IMG/VR virus record: IMGVR_UViG_3300029156_000002
Span: 1 to 21,022 of that record
From: a virus
Direction: 5' to 3' (one strand)
Length of the DNA stretch: 21,022 bases
Shown: positions 1-8,285 of the stretch, in pieces
Numbering within the stretch: the stretch's first letter is position 1
Layout of the letters: each line of letters starts with the position of its first letter
Notes under the pieces: generated by a model
What the model saw: only the letters and a program-made list of their open reading frames with translations
Told to the model about the DNA's origin: nothing
Databases searched by the model: none
Position numbers and translations under genes: made by a program

Positions 1-432
1 TTCCCCAGCCTCAATAAAGCTGACTGCAATACTAGCGACCAAAACGGCTTTTAATTTGTCGCAGTCGCGAACTGTAGTTTTGTAGTTCTGAACGTTGCTA
101 TCCAGAAAGTGCTGAGGTTTGAGTAATCTCTTTATCGCTACTGTGCACTTCGCCTCAAAGTCTCTAAGCGAAGGCATCAAAGAAATATCAATAGTTTTAT
201 TCCTTAGTCTAGGAACCGCGACTAGAAATCGAGGATTAGGCGGCTTCAAAGTTCGCAAACAAAGATAGCACTTACCTGTTTTGGCTTCATGCAACCAACG
301 CCATTCTCCAGGTATAGGAGCGGATCGGCCCGGAGGAAATTTCTGCGTTTCGAATTGCTTCTCTAAGCTCCATTTGAAATGCTGAATTACTTCGGAGCAT
401 GCCTCTTTTCGTTCTTTTGCAAGTACGCTCAT
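1..432 (-). CDS. Hypothetical phage protein, 3' end runs off the window
   Basis: ATG at 432-430 overlaps the TGA of the sigma gene (ATGA coupling). The frame is open for 144 codons to the window edge (MSVLAKERKEACSEVIQHFKWSLEKQ...CYLC...). Not in the ORF track because it has no stop. Confidence 0.75.
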   Translation of the reverse strand, partial: MSVLAKERKEACSEVIQHFKWSLEKQFETQKFPPGRSAPIPGEWRWLHEAKTGKCYLCLRTLKPPNPRFLVAVPRLRNKTIDISLMPSLRDFEAKCTVAIKRLLKPQHFLDSNVQNYKTTVRDCDKLKAVLVASIAVSFIEAGE

Positions 433-911
433 GCATTGACTAGCTTATGAAGCAGAAAATTAGTTGCTTGCTTACGGCGCTGCTTGGCTTTGCGAAGCGC
501 CTTTGGTGTCGGGGCAGCCAAAGGCCTCGAATCAATTGCACTTTCTAAAAGCTCAAATTCTTCATCAGTTAATTCGTTAGCGATCATATGCTGAACATGC
601 AAAAACTTCTCGAATTGAATTTCGATCGAGCGATTCATTTGCTCATCTTCATAGATACTGCGGCGCTTCAAATCACGGATTTCGTCCCGAGCGATATTTT
701 GCAGTCGATGTTTGATGGCGGTGCGGCAATACCGATCGATTTTATCACCTTTGTTGTCTTGTTTGTACATTTTCATAGCTTTGATTAAAGCTATCCAAGC
801 CTCTTGCATCCAATCATCGGCAGACAAATGAGAAAATTGGAAGCGCTTAGCAGCAGCTAATGCAATAGGGCGACAGATTTTTTGAAGTGTATTATAGGTT
901 TGCTTGTTCAC
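429..911 (-). CDS. Phage sigma-70-family (SigH/ECF-like) RNA polymerase sigma factor
   Basis: Region-2 signature ADDWMQEAWIALIKAMKMY...YCRTAIKHRLQNIARDE, and a region-4-like start LTDEEFELLE. GTG start overlaps the upstream stop (GTGA). Confidence 0.75.
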   Translation of the reverse strand: MNKQTYNTLQKICRPIALAAAKRFQFSHLSADDWMQEAWIALIKAMKMYKQDNKGDKIDRYCRTAIKHRLQNIARDEIRDLKRRSIYEDEQMNRSIEIQFEKFLHVQHMIANELTDEEFELLESAIDSRPLAAPTPKALRKAKQRRKQATNFLLHKLVNA

Positions 912-1114
912 TTTACATACACTTCCGCTAGATGAAATCGTTCGTTGCTATGATTGGGGTAATAATAATGGATAATGTCTACAACCTCGTACGAGACTGC
1001 GTCGTCATCGTCAGGAGTCGAAAAAACCACGTGTTCTCCTTTACTAGGAAGGTTCCCAAAAAATTCCGCATAAACGCGGCTCCCATCATCGCTAATAAAT
1101 GCTAGATCAATCAT
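908..1114 (-). CDS. Small acidic hypothetical protein
   Basis: ATG 1114 overlaps the primase TGA (ATGA) and its stop overlaps the sigma start. Protein begins MIDLAFISDDG and contains LPSKGEHVVF. Confidence 0.7.
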   Translation of the reverse strand: MIDLAFISDDGSRVYAEFFGNLPSKGEHVVFSTPDDDDAVSYEVVDIIHYYYPNHSNERFHLAEVYVK

Positions 1115-2073
1115 GTTAGTGCTCCCGTCCACTTCTTGGCTTCGTCCATAGCGTCAAACGCTTCATCTTCTGTGCAGTCGCCTGGATCCTTTCCTTCAGG
1201 AACTTTAGCAACGTACAAGTTCTCAAATTTTCCGACTAATTGTGCAGCTGCTCTATCGAACTCTCTGCGTTTCTCGCCAGGGTCAATCATCAAGAAAATG
1301 TTTGTATCGCTGGGAAGTTTGTACAGCAAACGTCTTTGGGAATCGGAAACAACTTTGCCTAGAAGGCACATGGCCGCTATGCCGTGGTTCGCAAGATTTA
1401 ACATGTCAAAAGGTCCCTCTACTAGAACCAAATCTTGCCCAGGGCTTTGAATGTAAAAATCCCAACCACCTAGGGCCTCCGAGGCCCAAGAGCCGGGCGG
1501 GTTCCTGTATTTGGGTCGGAACCGATTGGACTTGAATTCTATTGTTGCATCTCGACCGGTAAATGCGTATCCGGAAGGCCACTTGATTGGCACCAAGATT
1601 CTGTTCTTGAATTTACCAGTCACACAGAACCCGACGCCATACGCTAACAAGACGTCTTGGGAGATGTTGCGTTCTCGCAAGTATTTGACCACGCGCCATT
1701 GCGGATCGCGGTTTTCCGCGAAACAAGGGATGAACTCAGGCGGGAGCTCAATCTCAGTCTTTTCAGCAGCTTTGCTCTTAGCGTAGGCGCTTCGCATCGT
1801 GGCAAGCGGCGTAAGTTTAACAGCTTCGAACTGGCCCAGCATCGATCGCGCTTCGGCACGACTGATATCTTGCACGTGAGCGATTAGTTTGTCAGCTCGA
1901 CCCTTAGCTCCGCACCTTGCACGAAAACAATTGAATACCTTCTTTGAAATGCTGATCGAGAACTTGTCTTGATCAACGTTGCAAAAAGGACATTCTGCTT
2001 TGACCTCATTTCTCGAAGCATTTCGAGCAGAGTTTAGGTGCGTAAAGCACCATTCGTTTAGGTCAAGCGTCAT
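1111..2073 (-). CDS. DnaG-type DNA primase (Zn finger plus Toprim)
   Basis: N-terminal CPFC...CFRARC zinc finger; YLRERNI; RILVPI...FTGR; PKYRN; Toprim LVLVEGPFD; C-terminal KDPGD. Confidence 0.93.
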   Translation of the reverse strand: MTLDLNEWCFTHLNSARNASRNEVKAECPFCNVDQDKFSISISKKVFNCFRARCGAKGRADKLIAHVQDISRAEARSMLGQFEAVKLTPLATMRSAYAKSKAAEKTEIELPPEFIPCFAENRDPQWRVVKYLRERNISQDVLLAYGVGFCVTGKFKNRILVPIKWPSGYAFTGRDATIEFKSNRFRPKYRNPPGSWASEALGGWDFYIQSPGQDLVLVEGPFDMLNLANHGIAAMCLLGKVVSDSQRRLLYKLPSDTNIFLMIDPGEKRREFDRAAAQLVGKFENLYVAKVPEGKDPGDCTEDEAFDAMDEAKKWTGALT

Positions 2074-2092
2074 TAGGTTCGAAGACTATAGT

Positions 2093-2275
2093 TTATTTTT
2101 CTTGCTTTGTCAAGTTATTTCTGTTGTCGATAAGGACAGCGACACCAAAAATAGCGGCAGTTAAACCAAGAGCGTCAGGATAATCAAACAGAACAGGCAC
2201 GAAGTACGGTGAAAGCAACGTTGTGCTTGCCATCATGTGGAGCAGGAAGCCACGCTCTGAATGATTCAACTTCAC
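2093..2275 (-). CDS. Small membrane protein with two hydrophobic segments
   Basis: GTG start overlaps the upstream TGA. Hydrophobic stretches FLLHMMASTTLLSPYFVPVLF and ALGLTAAIFGVAVLI. Confidence 0.6.
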   Translation of the reverse strand: MKLNHSERGFLLHMMASTTLLSPYFVPVLFDYPDALGLTAAIFGVAVLIDNRNNLTKQEK

Positions 2276-2811
2276 AGCTCATCTAGAATTTCGGAAATGA
2301 AGCCGTAAGGGTCATCTGCAAAAATGCGTCGACTATTCCAATGCTGGGGAAACAAGATACCGTTACCCCCAGCATCCTGAAACCGTTCGATTGTATCTTC
2401 GCGATCGTCGATCAGAATCTTGCCAGGCGCAGCGCATTCAACTTTCTTTGGCGTCAAAGCGTAATCTCGGAAGCCCACTCCAAAGTGTTTTTGCATCCAC
2501 ATCATCTTACCTGCTGCGCAGTTAGGCGACCGCGTTGTGCTCGTCATGATGATCGTGGACGCAATCTCTTGGCACTCTTTAAGAAGGTCAAAACACCAAG
2601 GATAGGGTTCAAGGTTAGCCCAGAACTCAACGCCGCTTGCGTCGACCTCTGTCCAAAACTGCCGCTCTGGCTTGCCTACAAGCTTGTGCATCCCATTCCA
2701 CTCTGTGATCTGAGAAACAGATTCGCGAGGGTGCCCAAACAGCTCCATAGTTGAGCTATACAAGTCCACAAGCACGCCATCCATGTCAAGGTAAATCGTC
2801 TTGTCGTACAT
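2272..2811 (-). CDS. 5'(3')-deoxyribonucleotidase, HAD superfamily (NT5C-like)
   Basis: HAD motif I YLDMDGVLVD, FWANLEPYP, GKMMWM, motif IV ILIDD, and LFPQHWN tail. Confidence 0.9.
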   Translation of the reverse strand: MYDKTIYLDMDGVLVDLYSSTMELFGHPRESVSQITEWNGMHKLVGKPERQFWTEVDASGVEFWANLEPYPWCFDLLKECQEIASTIIMTSTTRSPNCAAGKMMWMQKHFGVGFRDYALTPKKVECAAPGKILIDDREDTIERFQDAGGNGILFPQHWNSRRIFADDPYGFISEILDEL

Positions 2812-3067
2812 CTTCTTCCTTTTCTTCGTCGTTTTGGCAATCAGGGCAAGGAACAGGTACAGCCGATCTTAGCAAGAGAACAGCCCTGCGTTTATCTTCA
2901 ATTGAGCGCATCTTTTTGGCGTGGTAAAAAATAGTATCCACGACATAAACGAACGGAATTGTAGTTGGGCCTTCGCCAAATGCAGGCAACCCGATGGCGG
3001 CGGCGGTAGGGAAAATCGCAACCTTTCCTGTGTTTCCGCAACGCTCGCAGTCCTTAAGCGTGAGCAT
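2786..3067 (-). CDS. Small Zn-finger protein
   Basis: CERCGNTG and CPDC pairs. ATG 3067 (MLTLKD) is preferred over TTG 3151 because it overlaps the helicase end only slightly. Confidence 0.65.
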   Translation of the reverse strand: MLTLKDCERCGNTGKVAIFPTAAAIGLPAFGEGPTTIPFVYVVDTIFYHAKKMRSIEDKRRAVLLLRSAVPVPCPDCQNDEEKEEDVRQDDLP

Positions 3068-4484
3068 TTTGCATGCCTTTTCTGACGATCGGTCGTCGAG
3101 CTTCAGAGTCTTCTTGCTCACCAGCCTTTTCCATAAAAAGCATTCGAGCAAGATCAGTTTCGACTGTGATTTCGCCTCGTGCTCCGTCGCGAGCTTTTGT
3201 CAAAGACAAGACCATTTCACTGCGCCCGGCGCCAACTTCCCCAGTTTCAATGCCACCCGAATACTTTTCGCCTTCGGGAATCATGTGCTTGGGTGTGGCA
3301 ACTCGTTTTTGGTCACGCTGATTTAGAGCCACAATGAAGTCAGCACATTGAGACCGAACATAAGTTTCGCTAGCTGTCTCATTGTTTGTCCATTGAGCGC
3401 CCTCACGGTTTGATTGCGTCGTCAGGACTCCCGCAAGCTTCTCTTCTTCCAAAAGTGTGTCTAGCCACCAAGCATTATCAGCTTGGCCAAGCCGATGGTC
3501 CCTGATGTGCTTCTGTGCCTGCAAGTGATCCATGCAGTCAAACACGAAGTAAGAGAAGTTTTTGATCTCAGGCCCGAAGCGGGCGAGACACTCTAAGATC
3601 TTGCCTCGCGTCGTCGTTTGGTTGGGCATGCTGACAATTTTCAGCAACCCTTTCAGCCGCTCCTTGTCCTTCTCAAGCTTCGAAAGGATCGCCTTCTTCT
3701 CTCGCTCGGAAAAATCATAAAGGTGAAATTTTTCATGCAACAGGCCTGTATAGCGTGAGTCAAGTCGCGCGCTGATCCGACTATGGTGCATCTCTGTTGA
3801 AAAGTAGATGCCGCCAAAATTGTTTTGCACGTTCGTGTAGGCGAAATGAACGCCCATAATTGACTTGCCCCGGTTCGTGGCGCCCATGATCTGGAACATG
3901 TCGCCTGGCTTGTAGCCGCCGCCTATAAGCTTATCCAAACCTGGGAACCCCGTAGATAGATGAATCCTTGTGTCAGGATTTTCAGCAGCGTCTTTGCGTT
4001 CTAGCTGGCGCTGATCGAACTCCTCAAACCACCAAGCATGTTCGTACCCAAGTTTGGATTCTTTTGGCGCAGAGTCGTATGCACTCTGAATGATCCGCAT
4101 CGCTTCCTCTGGCTTGCCCTGCTCGTAAAGCATATCTGCGCGGTCGTGCGCTTCCTTGAAGTGCAGTTGCTTTGCGAATTCGATGGCACTTGCTTTCAAC
4201 GTTTCAGGGCTTGAAGGCTGAGACTCGATCAGTTGATCGTAAGTTTTCAGGACGCTAGCAAACTCTTCATCGCTGAATGCTTGGCGGGCTTCGTGCGTGA
4301 CGATGCCGCGGCTCGGAACCTCACGGTTTTCATTTACTGTCTGTTCGGCAAGCGACCAAAGCCACTTCATTTCAGGCGTCGTGAAGTGCCCGGCCTTTAG
4401 CGTGCGGGATAGGGATTGAAATTCGATCTCGTTTTTGAGCGCGACGGAAAGGAGCTCCTTTTCGAAGTTAATATCAAAGCTCAC
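3054..4484 (-). CDS. Replicative DNA helicase, DnaB/SF4 (RecA fold)
   Basis: LSTGFPGLDKLIGGG, Walker A GATNRGKS, YFSTEM, FVFDCMD, TTQSNR, ADFIVALN, KARDG. Confidence 0.92.
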   Translation of the reverse strand: MSFDINFEKELLSVALKNEIEFQSLSRTLKAGHFTTPEMKWLWSLAEQTVNENREVPSRGIVTHEARQAFSDEEFASVLKTYDQLIESQPSSPETLKASAIEFAKQLHFKEAHDRADMLYEQGKPEEAMRIIQSAYDSAPKESKLGYEHAWWFEEFDQRQLERKDAAENPDTRIHLSTGFPGLDKLIGGGYKPGDMFQIMGATNRGKSIMGVHFAYTNVQNNFGGIYFSTEMHHSRISARLDSRYTGLLHEKFHLYDFSEREKKAILSKLEKDKERLKGLLKIVSMPNQTTTRGKILECLARFGPEIKNFSYFVFDCMDHLQAQKHIRDHRLGQADNAWWLDTLLEEEKLAGVLTTQSNREGAQWTNNETASETYVRSQCADFIVALNQRDQKRVATPKHMIPEGEKYSGGIETGEVGAGRSEMVLSLTKARDGARGEITVETDLARMLFMEKAGEQEDSEARRPIVRKGMQNAHA

Positions 4485-5242
4485 TTGTACCCCATCTCTT
4501 TACGCACCTTGTCCCCAAGTTTGACCCGGTAATCGCCCGGATCCATGTTCACAACTTCGAACTTGCCATCTAGCAGAGAACCGAACGTCTCGCCGTAGCC
4601 GCCTTCGCCTGGTGACGCTCGCAGCGTTTCAGCATCCATGTTTGATCCGATCAGGATCGGCATGCTGTTGTCGTTTCTCTTGCGCAACCAGAGTTCAAGC
4701 ACGGTGCGCATATAGTCATCGCCGTTCTTGTACTTTTCTTTTCCCAGCTCATCGAATACAACAAAGTCGCGAGAGAGATACTCTTCAAGCCGCTTACGGC
4801 GCTCCTTGTCATCGAAGCCCATCTTGTGATCGTGGGCGAGCTGGGGAGCTGTGGTGTAGTAGACGGTATAGGGCGTTTTCAGAAGAATTTCGATCAGCTC
4901 CCAGCTCAAAAACATTGTCTTGCCTGAGCCATTATCCCCACATAGAGCATAGCCGTAGCCGTTTCGCAGCGCCTTGTTTAGGTTGTTGGAATGAACCTCT
5001 ACAACCGCCTCAAAGTTCTCAAGGTTTGCGTAAATGTCAGCTTTCGTTTTGTTCCACATGTCCCGAGGAATGCAGGCCTCATACGCGCGCGTTTCAAGCA
5101 GGAACCTACGGCGACATGGGCATCCGCACCCATCAATACCAACGACCGATGCGGGATTTAGGGATGGATCGTGTTCGCAGGTTTGCTCAAGCAATTTAGC
5201 GAGCGAAGAATTAAACGATCGAATTCCTTCTAGGCTCTGCAT
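4481..5242 (-). CDS. DnaC/IstB-like AAA+ ATPase (helicase loader)
   Basis: N-terminal Cys cluster (CEH...CGCPC), Walker A GDNGSGKT, Walker B FVVFDELGKE, ILIGSN. Directly upstream of the helicase with GTGA overlap. Confidence 0.88.
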   Translation of the reverse strand: MQSLEGIRSFNSSLAKLLEQTCEHDPSLNPASVVGIDGCGCPCRRRFLLETRAYEACIPRDMWNKTKADIYANLENFEAVVEVHSNNLNKALRNGYGYALCGDNGSGKTMFLSWELIEILLKTPYTVYYTTAPQLAHDHKMGFDDKERRKRLEEYLSRDFVVFDELGKEKYKNGDDYMRTVLELWLRKRNDNSMPILIGSNMDAETLRASPGEGGYGETFGSLLDGKFEVVNMDPGDYRVKLGDKVRKEMGYK

Positions 5243-5484
5243 CAGTCCTCTAGCCCATGTGTCAAAATGTAAGTCATTTCTTCTACGAGTTCTTGACCTT
5301 CAGGCGTAATCTTGTACGTAAAATCACGACCGTTGCCGTTGCGACGGATGACTTTGATGTATCCACGCTCTTGCAAAAAATCTGCATGCGTAGATGCAAT
5401 GCGCAGCCCTGGCGTCGCGTCGTGGCCATAACACGCGATCTTCACCAACGTCCTAATTGCCAACGTTGCCTTAGTTCTTTTCAT
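5242..5484 (-). CDS. Small winged-helix DNA-binding protein
   Basis: Wing motif LQERGYIKV...YKITPEGQELVE. Translationally coupled at both ends. Confidence 0.65.
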   Translation of the reverse strand: MKRTKATLAIRTLVKIACYGHDATPGLRIASTHADFLQERGYIKVIRRNGNGRDFTYKITPEGQELVEEMTYILTHGLED

Positions 5485-6224
5485 ACGGAGCTTCCTCCAA
5501 AAACATTCTCAGCCAACCAATTAGCTAGCTTTGAAATCTCTTCGCTGCATCGAACACGACGGCCCTTAGCAAGGGCTTTCGCTGTTTTTTGAACCGTGAT
5601 AAGTCCACGATCATCAAAGCGTGACGTATCAAAGCCAGCACCCTCAAGAGCTGGGCGAACACGTCCATCTAGATCGTTAGCGTTAGCAAACGAATTTGGA
5701 TCCTTAGCGGGAGGACCCTTCTTAGCTTTAAAAGAATCCTGAAGTTGGTTGACCCACAGTTTCTCGCGCCCATAGAACGCAACCTTAGCCGCTGTTTCGC
5801 TAAGGACTTGTTCGCTTGCAAGGTACGGAAGCGTCACAACGCCTGTTGGGTTAGCTTTCCCAGCTCGCGCGATGTTGGTCCAATGCTTGAAGTGATCCGC
5901 GGGGGTAAAGCCGCCCTCTAGAGCTCGCACAGAAATTTTGAAAAGGTGTGCATATTGGCTCTTAGCGACTTTACGAAAGGCCTTAGGTCTACCTAAGCCA
6001 ACAAAGATCTGACTTTGCCAGTTAGCAAAAACGCGCTCTGTCTCTTTGAGAAGATTTGCAACGAATAGAGATCTTTTTGCGTCAGCCTTAGGACGACTGA
6101 TAACCTCAAGCGTTTTGTTCAACTTTGCTTGATCAGCAACGAGCGCTTCTAGATCGATCAGCTGGGGAAAGTTCTCATTTCCCTTAACGATCGTCTGCCA
6201 GTCTTCAGGTTCAGGAAATTTCAT
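5481..6224 (-). CDS. Hypothetical protein, candidate replication initiator/organiser
   Basis: 247-aa basic helical ORF upstream of the loader and helicase. Function is inferred from position only. Confidence 0.6.
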   Translation of the reverse strand: MKFPEPEDWQTIVKGNENFPQLIDLEALVADQAKLNKTLEVISRPKADAKRSLFVANLLKETERVFANWQSQIFVGLGRPKAFRKVAKSQYAHLFKISVRALEGGFTPADHFKHWTNIARAGKANPTGVVTLPYLASEQVLSETAAKVAFYGREKLWVNQLQDSFKAKKGPPAKDPNSFANANDLDGRVRPALEGAGFDTSRFDDRGLITVQKTAKALAKGRRVRCSEEISKLANWLAENVFGGSSV

Positions 6225-6380
6225 TAGCTAGTCAAATTTGGAATGCTTTTAAAGCTTAACCAGCCAAAGGCTGGAGGGCTGCGCCCTTAGTTTTTTGTTC
6301 GTATACTTATATAAACACCGGTCGCACTTAAAAATGACCCCCTAAACGAAGAAAAGATCATATTTCTCATGTGAGAAAGC

Positions 6381-6677
6381 TCAACGAAAGTTAGGGCTGC
6401 GGACAAACATACCCTCTGAAACATCTAGTCTTAGCGCTAAGGATATACACTGGGTTCTGTTTTCCCCAGCCATAATCTCAATGTATCCTTTTAACTCTAG
6501 ACGATTCAGCTCACTTCGAAGTGAAACCCTTCCCAGCCTTTTCGCTGTGATCTTTTTCCCTTCATGTAGTTGTAACGCGTCTAATGTGTGCAAACTCAAC
6601 CAAACTCTAAGCTCTTGGTCATCAAGTTCACGCAAGGCTTGCTTCAGATCCACGCGCCTCCATTTTCCTACTTTCAT
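6381..6677 (-). CDS. Winged-helix DNA-binding protein, first gene of the replication operon
   Basis: LDDQELRVWLSL...LRSELNRLELKGYIEI pattern. A promoter lies immediately upstream. Confidence 0.7.
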   Translation of the reverse strand: MKVGKWRRVDLKQALRELDDQELRVWLSLHTLDALQLHEGKKITAKRLGRVSLRSELNRLELKGYIEIMAGENRTQCISLALRLDVSEGMFVRSPNFR

Positions 6678-6683
6678 AGCGTG

Positions 6684-6712
6684 ACCTTAGCATGTGGCAC
6701 CTTCTCGGGCAA
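6684..6712 (-). promoter_or_regulatory. Sigma70-type promoter of the replication operon, predicted leaderless transcript
   Basis: TTGCCC (6712-6707), 17 nt, TAAGGT (6689-6684), with extended -10 TG. The ATG at 6677 follows 6 nt later. Confidence 0.6.
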
Positions 6713-6737
6713 TCTACCACGACTTTCACCAATTTTC

Positions 6738-6935
6738 TTAGCTGTTGAGCTCGCTAAGCCGCTTGCCTTCATCTTCAAGAGCGATCGCCCATTTCGCAAC
6801 CGCAAGGACCCATGAGCTCACGGACATGTTGTCGCGCTCAGCTGCTGCTTTTATTTGTTCGTACTGAGCGTCTGTCAACCAAACTTTCAGCTTGGGCGCT
6901 CGGCGCTCGTGCGGCTGCATCATTCTTCGACCCAT
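6738..6935 (-). CDS. Ribbon-helix-helix (RHH; MobC/DUF1778-like) DNA-binding protein
   Basis: Alternating beta strand KLKVWL followed by helices TDAQYEQIKAAAERD and MSVSSWVLAVA. Start ATG 6935, or 6923/6920. Confidence 0.75.
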   Translation of the reverse strand: MGRRMMQPHERRAPKLKVWLTDAQYEQIKAAAERDNMSVSSWVLAVAKWAIALEDEGKRLSELNS

Positions 6936-6942
6936 GAGATTC

Positions 6943-6992
6943 TCTTTACCACATCTGTTCAGCGTTGCAATAAAACGGGCCCGGTTTATATT
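6943..6992. promoter_or_regulatory. Divergent promoter pair sharing a self-complementary -35 (TTGCAA), with a palindromic operator candidate
   Basis: Plus strand: TTGCAA 6965-6970, 16 nt, TATATT 6987-6992. Minus strand: the same TTGCAA, 16 nt, TGG-TAAAGA 6948-6943. Palindrome ATAAAACGGGCCCGGTTTAT at 6970-6989 has one mismatched pair. Confidence 0.5.
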
Positions 6993-7004
6993 GGGCCGCA
7001 TCAG

Positions 7005-8285
7005 GTGCTTGACCTTTCAAAACGTATGCGCAGCTTTGCGGATGAGCTGGGGCATGGGCTAACAAAGCCCGGACGAAGGTTCCTGAACGAGTCTATCTAT
7101 GGGCTGATTCGAGCGCGTTCTACGCACTTGACAAAAATTGGCCAAGAGCTGCTAGAACCATGCGAGCTAGACGTCACAGAAAATAGGCTCTCTAGGCAGC
7201 TAGCAAGCCCTCGTATGGACGAGAGTTCGATCGTTGAGGCCTACCAGAGCCTAGCAACGAAACGCCTTGAGCGAGGCTCCTGGACCGTCTCAGTCGATAC
7301 AACAGATATTGTCAAGCCTCGGGCACAAAAGATGCCTTTTTTGGCTCGAATTCGAGACGGTTCAAAGAAGGTAACGGCCAATGGCTGGGAAGTCCTTGCG
7401 ATCGAAGCGGTCGGCTCAAAGGGCAAGCGAATGCCCTTGCGTCACCAGCTCTATTCTCACCAGCACCCTAGCTACATCTCAGCAAACGACGAGCTCGACA
7501 GAGCGATCGGCGCTGTTCGCCCTGGCGTGCCTGACAAATGCGTTTGGGCTTTCGATTCTGGCTTCGAGGGCCGCTTAGCGCTAGACGTGTTCCACAAGCA
7601 CGATCTGAACTTCGTTGTGCGAATGGATGTGCCTGGCGTTTCAGTCTACGGAGACATCTACGAAGTCAACGCTAAGCCCAATCACCGCAAGCTTTACATC
7701 GACGGAGAGCGCCTCCACATCGGTGACGCAGCTGCGAAACGTCCCAGCAAAGGGAATATGACTGTCACGCGGTTGACTGAGCTAGACAAAGGCGAAAGGC
7801 GCAAAAAACGCTGGACGTTCGGTGTCTCGTGGTCAAACGACGTGTATCTGCTCGGCCGCAGCAAGAGCGGGAAAGTTCTGGGCAAAGGCGAACGCAAGTA
7901 CTCCATCGTTTTCATCTACCGAAACCAACAGCCTCCGATGGCTGTGCTCACGAACATTCACATCAAGAACATCAACGATGCTCGGAAGGTCATGAACCAT
8001 TACTTCGACCGCTGGGCGATCGAGGAAACGTTTCGGTTTTTGAAGTCCGGCGACTTTGGTTTTCGCATGGAAGACGTACGCGTGCTGTCATGGCGTGGAC
8101 TGCGACGCATGTCTTTGCTGGTCATGCTTGCGTATGCGTATCTATGCTTGCTTCATCTCGACGGACACGGCGAACGCATCGCACGTTATGCAAAGGCGAT
8201 CGGTCGCGAGAAAATTCCGCTGTTTTTGTACTACAGGTTAGCGCAAGCGTTACGCTTCGTCTCTTGGGTTGGGCCTGGCCCATGA
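7005..8285 (+). CDS. IS4-family DDE transposase, full length with intact catalytic triad
   Basis: D1 VSVDTTDIVKP, D2 WAFDSGF, Y-(2)-R-(3)-E-(6)-K signature YFDRWAIEETFRFLK. N-terminus LTKPGRRFLNESIYGLI...ENRLSRQL; C-terminus FLYYRLAQAL. Start is GTG 7005 or ATG 7026; the track's 6855 start overlaps the RHH gene. Confidence 0.9.
   Translation: MLDLSKRMRSFADELGHGLTKPGRRFLNESIYGLIRARSTHLTKIGQELLEPCELDVTENRLSRQLASPRMDESSIVEAYQSLATKRLERGSWTVSVDTTDIVKPRAQKMPFLARIRDGSKKVTANGWEVLAIEAVGSKGKRMPLRHQLYSHQHPSYISANDELDRAIGAVRPGVPDKCVWAFDSGFEGRLALDVFHKHDLNFVVRMDVPGVSVYGDIYEVNAKPNHRKLYIDGERLHIGDAAAKRPSKGNMTVTRLTELDKGERRKKRWTFGVSWSNDVYLLGRSKSGKVLGKGERKYSIVFIYRNQQPPMAVLTNIHIKNINDARKVMNHYFDRWAIEETFRFLKSGDFGFRMEDVRVLSWRGLRRMSLLVMLAYAYLCLLHLDGHGERIARYAKAIGREKIPLFLYYRLAQALRFVSWVGPGP

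Noticed and set aside
6225-6400. Frameshift or readthrough fusing the 6381-6677 wHTH with the 5481-6224 ORF
   Set aside because: All three minus frames contain stops in the spacer, so several recoding events would be needed.
6855-7004. N-terminal extension of the transposase in the ORF track (TTG 6855), and of the RHH ORF to 7001
   Set aside because: The two extensions overlap each other and the promoter elements. IS4-like sequence begins only near 7005-7026.
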